A stretch of 62,782 nt of DNA, filler included. It is 15 parts of 15 records of this genome, joined end to end, with 100 filler letters (N's around TTAATTAATTAA, not from the genome) between each part and the next. Parts side by side here need not be neighbours in the genome. Positions count along the whole stretch, not along the records: positions 33,937 to 40,608 come from SRR9188676_2092; positions 40,709 to 44,710 come from SRR9188676_2094; positions 44,811 to 47,652 come from SRR9188676_2118; 12 more parts are not named here. One strand, written 5' to 3'. The position numbers were made by a program, and so were the translations under genes. The notes under the pieces are model-generated. The model did no database searches. It was not told the origin of the DNA and saw only the letters and a program-made list of their open reading frames with translations. Each line of letters opens with the position of its first letter. Positions within the stretch are counted from its first letter, which is position 1. This document shows, piece after piece, positions 33,937 through 44,998 of this stretch.

Positions 33937-34494
33937 TGTGAATGAAAATGATAGAATGTGAATGAGTGGATATAAATATGAATACCAACAATAGCTTTGA
34001 AACCCCTGACCTCGAACCTAACATCATTCAATTTTTGTCAGTATTAATCACATCATCATCACTGCCGAAAATCGATATTTTTATGACTTATTACTGCAGT
34101 TTTGATCCCTGCACTGCCCCGACGCTCTCTACCATGCCATGGAACTCTCAAAACATTCACATTATCATCAGTATAAGTATTTCTAAATCGAAAGTACGCG
34201 TATAGTACATACTTACATAACGGGGATAAAAGGGCAAAAAAGTCAAAGTTAGACAGTGAGAATGGATGTGGATAAAACTCGGCAAGACCATTACTCGGCA
34301 AGAGCATTTGGTGCAGAACATTTTTTCGACGTTCTTCTTCAAAAGAAAAACCAACAAGATTTTCTGATTCCCGTGAAAATCTCGCTGGACTATGTTCAGA
34401 GGATAAATGATAAATAATAATAAAAAGTTCTCGGTAAATGTTATTGTTTTATGGCAAGTGCAAAAGAAGAAAAATCAAGAATCTATAGACATAC

Positions 34495-35445
34495 CTTGAG
34501 GTATTGATCCTGGAAAGTAATATATTCCAACCAAGCATCAATATCTTTGGGGTTTTTATGCGTCCGGACATTCAGCTCCTTAGTTTTTCGCAATAGCATG
34601 TCCTCGAAACTTTCTTCGACTTCCTCCAGATTGCCATCATGCATCTCTGAGGCCTCTAGTGGATCTCCAGCCGGCAAGCGAATGAAATTATCGTCTACAA
34701 TGTTGCTTCTTTCGTCCTTATTCTGGTTATTTCGAATCATTCTAAGTCTCTTTATGCGCGCGCTTTTAATTTTTGTGACATTGGAGCCGGCAAAATATCG
34801 AGAAGAATGGTTGACTTGAACTGGATCGATCTCCGCGAGGAAACCAAATTGGATATGGGGTACGAGATCGCGCTTTCGATGGGTCAGAGGCTGTGATGAT
34901 CGATATGCAGGAACACTTCCTTTATACATGGATCCATATGTGAGATTCTCAACTTCGCGCTTGATATCATGCATGATTTGACCAGCATCATCAATCGGAT
35001 AAGGCACGCGTGAGGTCGAAGATTCGTGTTTCCTTTTCTTCTTTGATTCTTTTGATTCTTTTTTGGATTTCTTGGATTTCTTCTTGTCTTTATGCTTCTT
35101 TTCTTTCGCTTTCTTAGAGCTGTGGGACTTTTCCTTGATTGGGGCAACATCTTCTTCAAGAATTTCACCAGGTTCTGCATCGCTTCCAGAGTCTTCGCTA
35201 GAAGAGAGCTGATTAAAATAGTCCACAGCAGTCTTTGGAGCTTTTTGGGAAACCTGGCCGGGATAGGAAATAATGGCGCCAGGATATGCAGGTGATGCCG
35301 TGCTGGGCTGAGAGGACACAGATCCATATATGTCATAGATATTTGCTGAATTGAAGACTTGGATGTCACCCGCCGCAGGTGGTTTATAGGAAGAGCACTG
35401 AAGCCAGCTTAAATCTGGCTTCGAAGGGTCTGTCTGATCAGCCAT
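34495..35445 (-). CDS. NRDE2: NRDE2-like nuclear exosome/RNAi factor, first exon (3' partial)
   Basis: LSWL...SY, K-rich tract, D.....NLTYGSMYKG.VP.Y, RYF, and TKELN..T..NP.DI.AWLEYI.FQD. Confidence 0.85.
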
Positions 35446-35588
35446 GAAAGTGTTCGTGTATACTTTCGCCTACCCCCCTATAAGTGGAAGAACTCTAATT
35501 AAAAATACATCATAGGGGGCATAGTGGGCTCTACTGCAAAAAAACATCTTTTTTCTTCTTGCATTTTGTATTGTCCCCTTTCTCGATC

Positions 35589-35948
35589 ATGGTTCTCTGA
35601 TTAATTATCGAAGGTCTGTGGTGTAGTCTTTCTGCTTGCTAGTTTTGAAAGATAAAGACTGAGCTTGATCGCAACAGGCTGTTCGTACCTTTTTGCGAAG
35701 ATCACAGGCAAGGAACAGCCCGCCAGTTGTCCTCTTTCGGGGAAGCCGTACACTCATGCCCCAAAGATCGAGCAGGTAGAGCATGGCCGTCCCTCTGCAG
35801 CTGGCTCGACAGGTCAATTAATAGCTTTGCCTTTTGTCATTCTTAATTCGATTCTGACATCATGACCGTTTTTGCAGCGAAAAAGCTGCTGACAGCTCCA
35901 TTTCATGGGATTGCTGCGGCTACGACCACTATTAACAAGTCGAAATGA
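35589..35948 (+). CDS. Candidate small selenoprotein (76 aa, Sec at residue 4), 3 exons
   Basis: atcATGG start. Exons 35589-35613, 35678-35812, 35878-35948. In-frame TGA at 35598-35600. Product MVLULIIEGCSYLFAKITGKEQPASCPLSGKPYTHAPKIEQVEHGRPSAAGSTAKKLLTAPFHGIAAATTTINKSK. SECIS element in the 3'UTR. Confidence 0.72.
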
Positions 35949-35968
35949 ATAATGAAATCATCGCTGAC

Positions 35969-36039
35969 CATGCTGATTTCGTGACGCAGTCCGCTCAAAG
36001 CCATTCCGCGTGGCGCCCTGCTGAATTATGATCTGCATG
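35969..36039 (+). promoter_or_regulatory. Eukaryotic SECIS element (type II)
   Basis: Helix I CATGCtGAT / ATCtGCATG. Core GTGAC (35981) paired with TGAA (36022). Helix II GCAG..CGC / GCG..CTGC. AAA 11 nt after the core and an apical CCA/TGG ministem. Confidence 0.8.
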
Positions 36040-36986
36040 TCTCTTTGATTCCATCTTCAATGCCTCGAACAGTTATCTTTATGTTTCTCACCATTGAGTC
36101 CTTCAGAGGTTGTCTATTTTTCGCTAATGTTTGATGTGGGTTTGATGCCATCAGTCAATCCGCAGCTTCGATTCCTTTCGAGAGATCGAGATTTGCAATG
36201 TATTTTCTCTCATATATCTTAAATAACTAAATGCTATTTTCCTTCAACTTTTGCAACTTCACCGTTGACCAGAGCGTGAGTGGTATCGCAACTTTCGAGC
36301 ACATGCTGGGAATTCGTGTTCTTGTTGTGTTCTTGAACTGCCTTCCTGTCTCTTTGGCACGCAATAACTACAGAAGAGAGAGGATCAAAGAATAGTCGGC
36401 TCCGCAGCGGTAATTGTATTACATAATAATGATGGAAGAAAGAAAGAAAAAAAACGGAAAAAGGAACCACGAGCCCAAATAACTCGATACTGTATCCATA
36501 TACATCTGCAGATATAACTTCAGATGAAACAGGGTGCGAATCAGTGCACCAAGTGAACTTTGTGTAAACAATTCAACTCTTGGCTACTATCGAGACAATA
36601 CGACGAAGGTTCTCTCAAAGCGAAAAGCCTCTGAAAATCGCTATTACGAGAATCGAAACGAGAACTTCTGCGGCATTGGGATAAAATTTTCTGGCGCCGA
36701 GTCAATGTTATTGAGGAGGGAAGTGAAGGCTAGTGAAGGCCGCTGGTGAGGGCGGGATGTGAGAAAAGCAGAGAGAGAGAGAGGGGGGAGGAAAAATTGA
36801 AGAGTCCAGAAATCGTCATTCAGACACATGGATGCATAATGTACAGGAAATTAGTTTCAGAGGTGCTCATAGTTGCAAAAGAAAGTATCATCTGGTATCA
36901 TCCTCGATTTTCTTGTTCTCATTGCCTCCATTCGGGTAGTGCTTCGGATTAGAGCCAACAGTCAAGGCATATGGGTAAGATGTGCA

Positions 36987-39900
36987 CTAAATCAGCTTCA
37001 TATGCTGCTCAAGAACGGTCCTTGCTACTCGGAGGATGGCAGAATCCGGTTTTTGCATCACCATGTAACCAGGTGAGGGCTGAGGTTCAAAACCGACATC
37101 AGTGAGCACCTGGAGAGCCTCAGGATACCGCCCAACCTTATTCTACAGGATGAAAACAACGGGGAAAAGGTTTAGAAAAGAAAGAACGAGGAAAAGAATG
37201 AGGACCACGCGAAGAAATGCTCTAATTGTTCCGCAATGGCAGAATGCGAATGAGACACCTTGACTCACAGCTTTTCGAAATTCCAGAAACCTCTAGAGGG
37301 GGGAATCTATGATAAAACTTCGCGCAATAAAACAGTTCCAATGAATCAAGTAGCGCGAGGAATGAGAGCGGGGTACGTAAAAAATAGTCTGTAAATGATT
37401 CACACGGACCTGAAATGCGGAATTCGCCATGTTGATTCTGAGAAAGTCCGTTTGTCTCTCTGCATCATCAGTGTCCATGTCTGTATTTGCCTGGGCCCCA
37501 CCAGTAGCATACATCGGGTTTGAAATGTAGACTTGCAGAGCTTCCAATGTGCCACAATAACTCTCCTTTGACACCCTTCGTTGCAATTTCGAGAGTGATC
37601 GGTGCACTTTTCGCGCTACTCTCTCTCCAGGTGAAATGTCATCATCATCATAGTCATCATCATCATCGTCCATGTTATCGTCATCAATAGCGTCGTTTGG
37701 AGTAACTGTAAAATAGGCTAGCACATCTTTGTTTTTGCTGTTGGAAGCAGTGTTGGAGTTTTGGGATGAAGACATATGGGTGTCGTTCTCGGATGAGTTC
37801 AAATTTTGGTTTGAGTTTTGAGAATGTGGTTGAGAGTTCGAATAGTTTTCATTTTCGTGTTGTTTGTGGCACTGAGGAGCATCATAATTGTCATGGGGAT
37901 GGGATTGAGTACTCAGCATTTGTGAATTGTGGATCAAGGGGCATGATGAGCAGACATGATTTGGATCGGTACTGCTCAGATTGGAGAGATTGGATGAATT
38001 GGATATCGATGCACTCGTAGAATTGGATGTCATTGAGGTCGTTGGAGATGGGGTTGTGGGTGACGGTGCCGATGGAGGCACTGAATGAGAGGGAGAGGAT
38101 CCTGAGGCTTGAGGGCTTGATGTGGTGTTGTTTGCTGGCTGCAAGTACACACAAGAGGAGAGAGAAACAAAGAACGGTTGGAGTTATTGGATGAGTTGAT
38201 ATCGATGTCTGAGCACATTTGATGGGAATCATTCGATGAACAGAGCGCTGTATCACATCCTGATCGTCCTCAATCATAAGGGCAAAGGGTAAAGAAAAAT
38301 AGCAAGAGGACAAAGGGGCAAAAGGGAAAAGATCAACCTTCTATCTGCTGATAAGTGCACTGATTGGCATGAATTCACATGAGCCTGTATTCAGCTAGAA
38401 TCAATTCACACGTCATGAGATAGAGAAGGTGAATTGATGCCTTTTTCCCTTTCACCCTTTGTTCTCATGTAATGATCGAGGTCGAGGACGAAAAACTAGA
38501 ATAATAGATTTCGCAAACTGGAAAAAAGAAACAAGGGTCAATTTTTCTCTTTGCACGTTCCGTTGACCAGAACGAGAGTGAGAGAAGGGGTGAAAAAGTA
38601 TCTAGATAAATTCGAGATGCGTACCTTATTCTGAGCAGTGAATATCCTTCTCTCGGCGGCCAGTGCAGCAGCGGTTCTTGGGTCAAGAGCATGTTCAATG
38701 ATAGCATTGCCCCCAAGTCGGTCTGGAGACGGAAACATGAGATCATCGAAAATACTTGCAGGAAAAAAGCAAAGAAGTGATGGACTGAGGATTGTGAACA
38801 TCCAGACACATTCAATGTCGGCTTATCTGGATGGTCCAAAAGAATACGACTCGAAGAAGACTGGGAACAAGGAGGTTTAGAGATCCTTTCAATAGAGCGA
38901 GCTCGGGCTGCGTTGATGGCAGCCATGTTTTCGCGGCGAAATATCATTTGCTGGGACTGTGATTTATCTCTCTAAATCGAGTAAATCAAAGCTTTATCCT
39001 TCAAGAGGAAGGGAGAGAAAAACACTTGAGAGGGGAGGGAAAAAAAAAGACTTACACCCAGAGGAAGTCGCATCCACTTCATCCTCATAGGATGGTGACG
39101 CTAGTGAGTCCGATCCAGATACGCTTCTACCTCCAGATTTCGTCCAATCGAGCTGGTCACCTTCCTTCTTGAGCTGACTCATGAAATTGTAGAAAGCAGA
39201 ATCATGCTCCGAGTGAACGTTGTGTGACAGCTCATGGAACATCACATCCCTGATTTGGTAGTATTTCACAAACCCCTTCATATCATCTGTGCGGATGCGA
39301 AGCTGGATTTCTTGTCCTTTGTTCACATTCAGCCCCAGCACGCATACGGGATCAACTCCCACCTGACAGGCAGAAAAAAGACGGAGTAAGCATGCAGTTA
39401 AAAGAAAATAGAGGAAATCTTCATTAAAATAATAATAATCTAAGTCCACTTCATAAGATTGTGCTGATATTTGAGTAATGAACCAGCTACTGCACAAAAT
39501 ATGATTGAATGATAAGATTTTCCGTTGACCAATGAATGTCAATTAGGCAATACGAAGTCGCGCATCATTGGAGTGACATGATCTCGACATGATAACATTG
39601 ATCAACGTAAAGGTTATGTTCGGACACCTGAAGTCGAGTCGCTCTCAGATATTGCCGAGCAGCAGTCATTACTTTTACCGTACCTTTCCTTGGGGATACA
39701 TTTCTCTCAGCACGGGAACACGCCAGCCATGACTCTTCATGACAGCGACGACTCCTCGGTCTTGTGCAATTTCCTCCAAATATCGTTTTGCCTCTGCTTC
39801 ATTCGGCAGACCAGGGATTGTTACGATGCGATCGAAGCACATCTCCTTCGTTCGGGACCCTGAAGGCCCTGCGGATCGAAACCTCGCGTTATCAATGGGC

Positions 39901-40223
39901 CGTAGAGTTGGATCGGCAGTAAATTTCTCCATTTTTTCAATCTCTTCGGCAGGGCTTGCCATGACAAGCACTTTCGTCCGATCCCCGAAACCGTGTGTTC
40001 CAAGAGGGGATTCATCATTCGCGAGCATCTTTCCTTTCACAAGAAGCTTCATGCCAGTAAGTGAGACATTGAAAGCATCCGCGACTCGTGCCTAAATGCA
40101 AATCCATCAGGAAATGTCCGGAGGAAAAATAAAACGCAGATGCACCTTCAAATCCAAGACAGTGTTTTCAGGGCTGATTTCAATATCAAGCGTGTCTCTT
40201 TTCCATGTGAGAGTGAGAATCAT
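36987..40223 (-). CDS. WSS1-like DNA-protein-crosslink metalloprotease, UBL-WLM-PUB architecture (about 7 exons)
   Basis: N-terminal UBL (TVLDLK, MKLLVKGK). WLM domain (VAVMKSHGWRV..L.E, LGLNVNKGQEIQLRIRTDD, HELSHNVHSEHD..FY). C-terminal PUB (YISNP, FLRINMANSAFQ-NKVG...ALQVL..VGF). Stop at 36987. Confidence 0.9.
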
Positions 40224-40496
40224 TTTTACTATTTGTGAATTAGAGTGAATAGGCTTCGTTATATGAGGTTTTATGACTGCTGAAATGCTCTAAAATCTAA
40301 AATGAGGTGACATGCGCTGGCATTAAATTTTTCTCGATCTTTTTTTCAAGATCCCAGCGCAAAATACAAAGTAGATCTGAGATCTTCTAAGCTAAGATCG
40401 TTTTTGCGCAATCAAAATTTCTAGATCGAAGAATTCGAACATTCTTCGCAAAACTTTCTCATGATGCTGAGATTGATGTGATTGGCTTCTAACTCC

Positions 40497-40608
40497 ATGC
40501 AAATACGCACGCTTCTCGTTGATAATTACGATTCATACTCTTTTAATCTTTATCAATATCTAGGCACAGCCAATGGGCTAGCTCCCATTGTGATCCGTAA
40601 TGATGAGG
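40497..40608 (+). CDS. ABZ1: Aminodeoxychorismate synthase (PabA-type GATase N-terminus), truncated
   Basis: [20 protein letters not shown]...NG..P.VIRND. An anthranilate synthase GATase cannot be fully excluded from 37 aa. Confidence 0.8.
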
Positions 40609-40708
40609 NNNNNNNNNNNNNNNNNNNNNNNNNNNNNNNNNNNNNNNNNNNNTTAATTAATTAANNNNNNNNNNNNNNNNNNNNNNNNNNNNNNNNNNNN
40701 NNNNNNNN
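40609..40708. other. Artificial contig linker
   Basis: N44-TTAATTAATTAA-N44. Confidence 0.99.
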
Positions 40709-42850
40709 AGGAGGAATGAAGCTTGGCACTTTGGAGGGGCTATGAACTCATCCATTTAGTACCAAATTCACTCAGATGCCTTTTGTCATCATGACTCACT
40801 CGTTCATGGGGGGGCCAAAAACTTGACGTGCTTTTTGCTGGCGGCTAGCAGTACTTTGGTTTTGGATAATGCTGCATCGAGCCCGAACTGGTGTTCACGA
40901 TTTGGTTGGATTGATTACTGCTTTCAGAGCACGCTCAACATCTCGTATATGCGATCAGTGACCGGAGTTGTAGCAAGTTATATGGTGTGCAACCAGCATG
41001 GGCGTGTGTCTGTATACTTGATTTTATCCCCGATCTGGCACCTGATGTGACACAAAAAATGGAGGAAGATTGATGCCACGCCGGATTGTCAAACAATGGA
41101 GTCACATACTCACAATTTTCCCATGCTACATATCATTCGCCGAAGAGGAAGCGATTTTGTCACAATCGATAGATAGTGATCTCGATCTTACGAAAGTGTT
41201 GGTCGAGTTCGACAAAAAAACCCGGCAGGAATCCTATATACAAAAGATAACATTACTACTGTGCCTTCGGGCCTGTTGTTGGTGGATAACAATGCCTAAT
41301 CATTCAACACATCCTGCAAAATGTGGTTTCGATGATGCTTTACAGAGGTACAACAGCATCTCAACAGCAACTGTTGAGATGCGTTACATATGATGCTCTC
41401 CGCGGTCTTGGCTTTATTTTCACCGGAGAGTGATTAGCTCAACCTTCCATCAGTTAATGACGAGTGTTGTTAACATGTCACTACATTGACAAGCGAATTC
41501 ATTTCAAACAGGAACCCTGTGCATAGAGAGTTGCGTTCGCCTTAATTATGCCCATGAAATAAAAAAAATCTATCATCCCGATTTCAGCTCAGATAGAAGT
41601 TAATACACTTGGACTAATGGACAAGGCTACTTCCCGTCCAAGCTTGCCTGCTGCAAGGCAAAGCTGATATTAAAATTTGCTTACAATCTTCTTTTTCGAT
41701 AACGATTTTCGGTGCGAATTCGGATATATATATAGTCTCTTCAATTCCAATGATAATTCAATACTACCTCTGAAATTTTCTTCAATACCTTCGGATGCAC
41801 CAGGGAGCAAATTCTTCCAACCAAATTCATTCACTTCCTCCATCCATTCTCACAGTGTTGTGCAAGCATGATGAACCTCACATCTACACTGGTAAATATT
41901 TGGAATTGTAAATAGAATTCTAGTATCATGCGCGGAGATGTAAAGGAGAAAGTGTGATTTCCAGGACGATAAAATAAAATTATACTCCTGCGCAGACAAC
42001 AGAACTAAAACGAGCAGGGTAAAGATCTCGAAAAACTGGGAGTACTACAGCATGTGGATGTCTCTCCTGTTTCTAACGAGAGTATACTAGGTAACAGTCA
42101 AAATAATCAGAGTGTCTATAGATTGTGGCTTAAAAGTTATCTATATATCTCAGAGGCTTCCGCGTTGAGAAATCTTTCCGCATCACGTCATCGCGCTCAC
42201 TTTCATGAGTCTTCTGCGCAAAAAGAGTCAGCAGATTCACCCACGAATATCAATTTACCGAGAATTAACCTTGCAACCACAACCAATGACATTTTTAAGT
42301 CAGCGCATCGACGGAAGCACCCCTGCACAATATGGGTCTCCACAGGGGTATACCGCAATCTGCGCACTTGAGCGGCAGTCTTCAAGAAATTGCTTGAAGT
42401 CCCACTGAAGGAAAACGAGAGCACATGAGGTGCCAGAGCGAATACGAGAAGAGTGGTTGCTCAAATCATTATTAATTCGTTTGTACATTTTGCTCATCGC
42501 GTGAATGAATTTTCGGAGGCTGTGTACTGCATGGGAAAGAAACCTAACGTCCACGATTGGTAGAGACCTGTGCTGTCCACACTTCCGCACAGTCTCTTTG
42601 CTAGTGTTTTCTCTCGCAGAGAGGGTGACGAATTTGGATCTCTGAGGGTCAGTCCCAATCGTTGCCGTATACTTGAGCGTCGGGGGAAAGATACTTGCCA
42701 GCATATCACCGAACTGGCGAAAATCTTGATGGCGGTAGGTCCAACACCCGTGTGGTCCTCAATACCGGTAAAGAGGAGAGAGCCTGTAACTATTATCGGC
42801 TTTTCGGCCCCTATCTTGCCTACGAAATTTGCTAGCTTTTCGGACCCCTA

Positions 42851-42964
42851 CCCCCATTCAGCTCATGATAACCCCCCATTCAGCTCGTTCTACTCCATTT
42901 CATCAGCAGCTCAACCCCCATTTTCAGCCCACTCTAACACCATTCTATTTTTAGGGTTTTAGGG
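42851..42964. repeat. CCCCCATTCAGCTC direct repeats followed by (TTTTAGGG)x2
   Basis: Exact copies at 42851-42864 and 42873-42886, a variant at 42915-42930, and TTTTAGGG at 42949-42956 and 42957-42964. Confidence 0.7.
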
Positions 42965-44710
42965 TTTGTGACCGGAAATGATGGGGATAGGGAGGGGGAA
43001 CTTTCTTTCATTTTCTCGCTCTAAATTGTCTTTTCAGCGCGTAGATTCGAGGGAAAAATGAAACGCCCCTGCTAAAATGGTCTCATTTGTGGATCCGGCT
43101 TATTATTTCATCAAATTCATGTGGGTCGGGGATGGAATGAAAGCTCATTTTAGTAAAAAACAAAATTCATTCGGTGAATGCAGAGAGTCAAAGACTTTTT
43201 CTCTGTGGTTATTGTCATCATCGTTTCCATCTTCATTGGCGTCGACTCTGCAAAGTGTCTGTGATGACGGGGTAAATTGCAGGCGGCAAACAGAGGCCAC
43301 AACATGAGGGGCTAACGGAGCTAGGTGTGTAGGTGGCTCAGTTGAGGCATCCCAGAGCTCGGGAAGAGACTTTATAAGGTGGTAGAGGGGGGTTCAGGAT
43401 CTGTGTGTGCGAGCACAAGCCGGAATGCCATATCGTAAATCGTCTTGCAAGTCTTCGTCGGGAACAACCTCAAAATGGCCACCTTTCGAATGGCGAGCCC
43501 GTGCACACTTCGGGATGGGAAGAGGATGATGCACTGAGCGAAAATCCGTGTCTTGAACTGTGCTCCACACAGGTAAAGATGTGGGCACATATCCAGTCAA
43601 ATGGCATATATCTTGCAAAGGACATCGAGGAAGAGGTATATAGGTGGCTCAGTGCTCGTTGGAACAGGCTCGCAAAACAAGTTTCTTTTTCGCTTGATTT
43701 TAACACAGAAAAAGGTGGAAAGTGCAGGCAGAGAGATTTCAATATGGACAGAGATAAACCTCCGGCTCGAGATCTCCGTTCTCGCTCTCCAGAAATAACG
43801 TAGTGGATCGGACTTCAGTGCCGGGGAAGAAAAGCGATCCTTCAGGATAGAAAATAGTCTGGAACGCGCTCTTGTTTGCAGCAATGTGGGGTGTCCGGCA
43901 TTTCGCAATTTGCAAGCAGAACTGGTCACTTGGGCGCCAACGCGGATGAATGCTCGGATATTTCTCGCTAGTCCGTTGTGGTCTGCTGGTGGGCCGACAT
44001 AGCGAGCGATATCCACATCAATCATACATTGGACTAAGTATCGTCGAGGCAGTTCCCGGCAGCTTGAAATCTTTCCGCTCTTGTTCAAGATCCACAGTAT
44101 TCCTCGACCGATCCAATGCGATCCGAAGGGAAGGGGATAATAATTGCAGAGATCTCATGAAAGAGTGGTGCCCATTCTCCGCTCGACGGGATTAAATGCT
44201 GAGACATACCAGAGAGGGTGTGATGAAGACATAAAGTCCATCAAGATCATGCGACACACACGCAGAATTCAGAATAGAGAGTCAAGACGGACGTTTTCGA
44301 CGGGACCTGAATTCGACCCATAAGGACATAGGAGGTGAACACCGTGGTTGTTAGGGTCAATGTGCTGCTGGATCCTTGGTGGGTGGATCGCATTGGGACC
44401 CTGTACCGTACAAGTCCATGAAAGTAAAGAATTGAATTATTTTGATTGTGTCATTGCATTTCTCATGTCTGATAACCTATTTCTCTGCTTTGTTATGATG
44501 CACAGGAGCTGCTGGACCTTTTGGTGGATGGATCTAGCGGGGAACCAGCGATTTTTCTGTGGGTCAAGTATAGAATAATTAGAGGATAAACAACGCTAAA
44601 ACAGAAAAGCGATCACACCTCCTCGAAACTCAACAACGACCGGAAGTGATGTGACACGTCAGAAAGGGGCAGAGAAGGGAAAGTAAAGATATTCTGACGT
44701 GACGGGGCAT

Positions 44711-44810
44711 NNNNNNNNNNNNNNNNNNNNNNNNNNNNNNNNNNNNNNNNNNNNTTAATTAATTAANNNNNNNNNNNNNNNNNNNNNNNNNNNNNNNNNN
44801 NNNNNNNNNN
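44711..44810. other. Artificial contig linker
   Basis: N44-TTAATTAATTAA-N44. Confidence 0.99.
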
Positions 44811-44998
44811 GCCCCCCCCCCCCCCCCCCAGCTGCCCCCCAGAGCCCCCCAAAGCCCAAATAAAAAAAAACATTAAACTGTGACTTTTCGATCCTATATG
44901 GCGTCAAAGGGCTGCAAAGGGCCAGGGCAAAGGCCACACTGCCCACTGCCCACTGAGCCTCCCTCCTCTCTCCTCTTTCTGAATTTGTGAATGAAGAA

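Noticed and set aside
35598-35600. Genome-wide TGA reassignment as the explanation for the in-frame TGA
   Set aside because: TGA ends CMC1, PCMT and the Mpv17-like gene at expected positions, and conserved Trp residues use TGG.
40850-41050. LVLDNAAS and PDLAP as Tc1/mariner DDE motifs
   Set aside because: They are in different frames and about 55 codons apart versus about 30 expected, which is too weak to call.
43860-44010. LVCSNVGC...W...MNARI as a Fanzor/TnpB C-terminus
   Set aside because: The catalytic RD.NA motif is absent and no RuvC-I or RuvC-II motifs are visible upstream.
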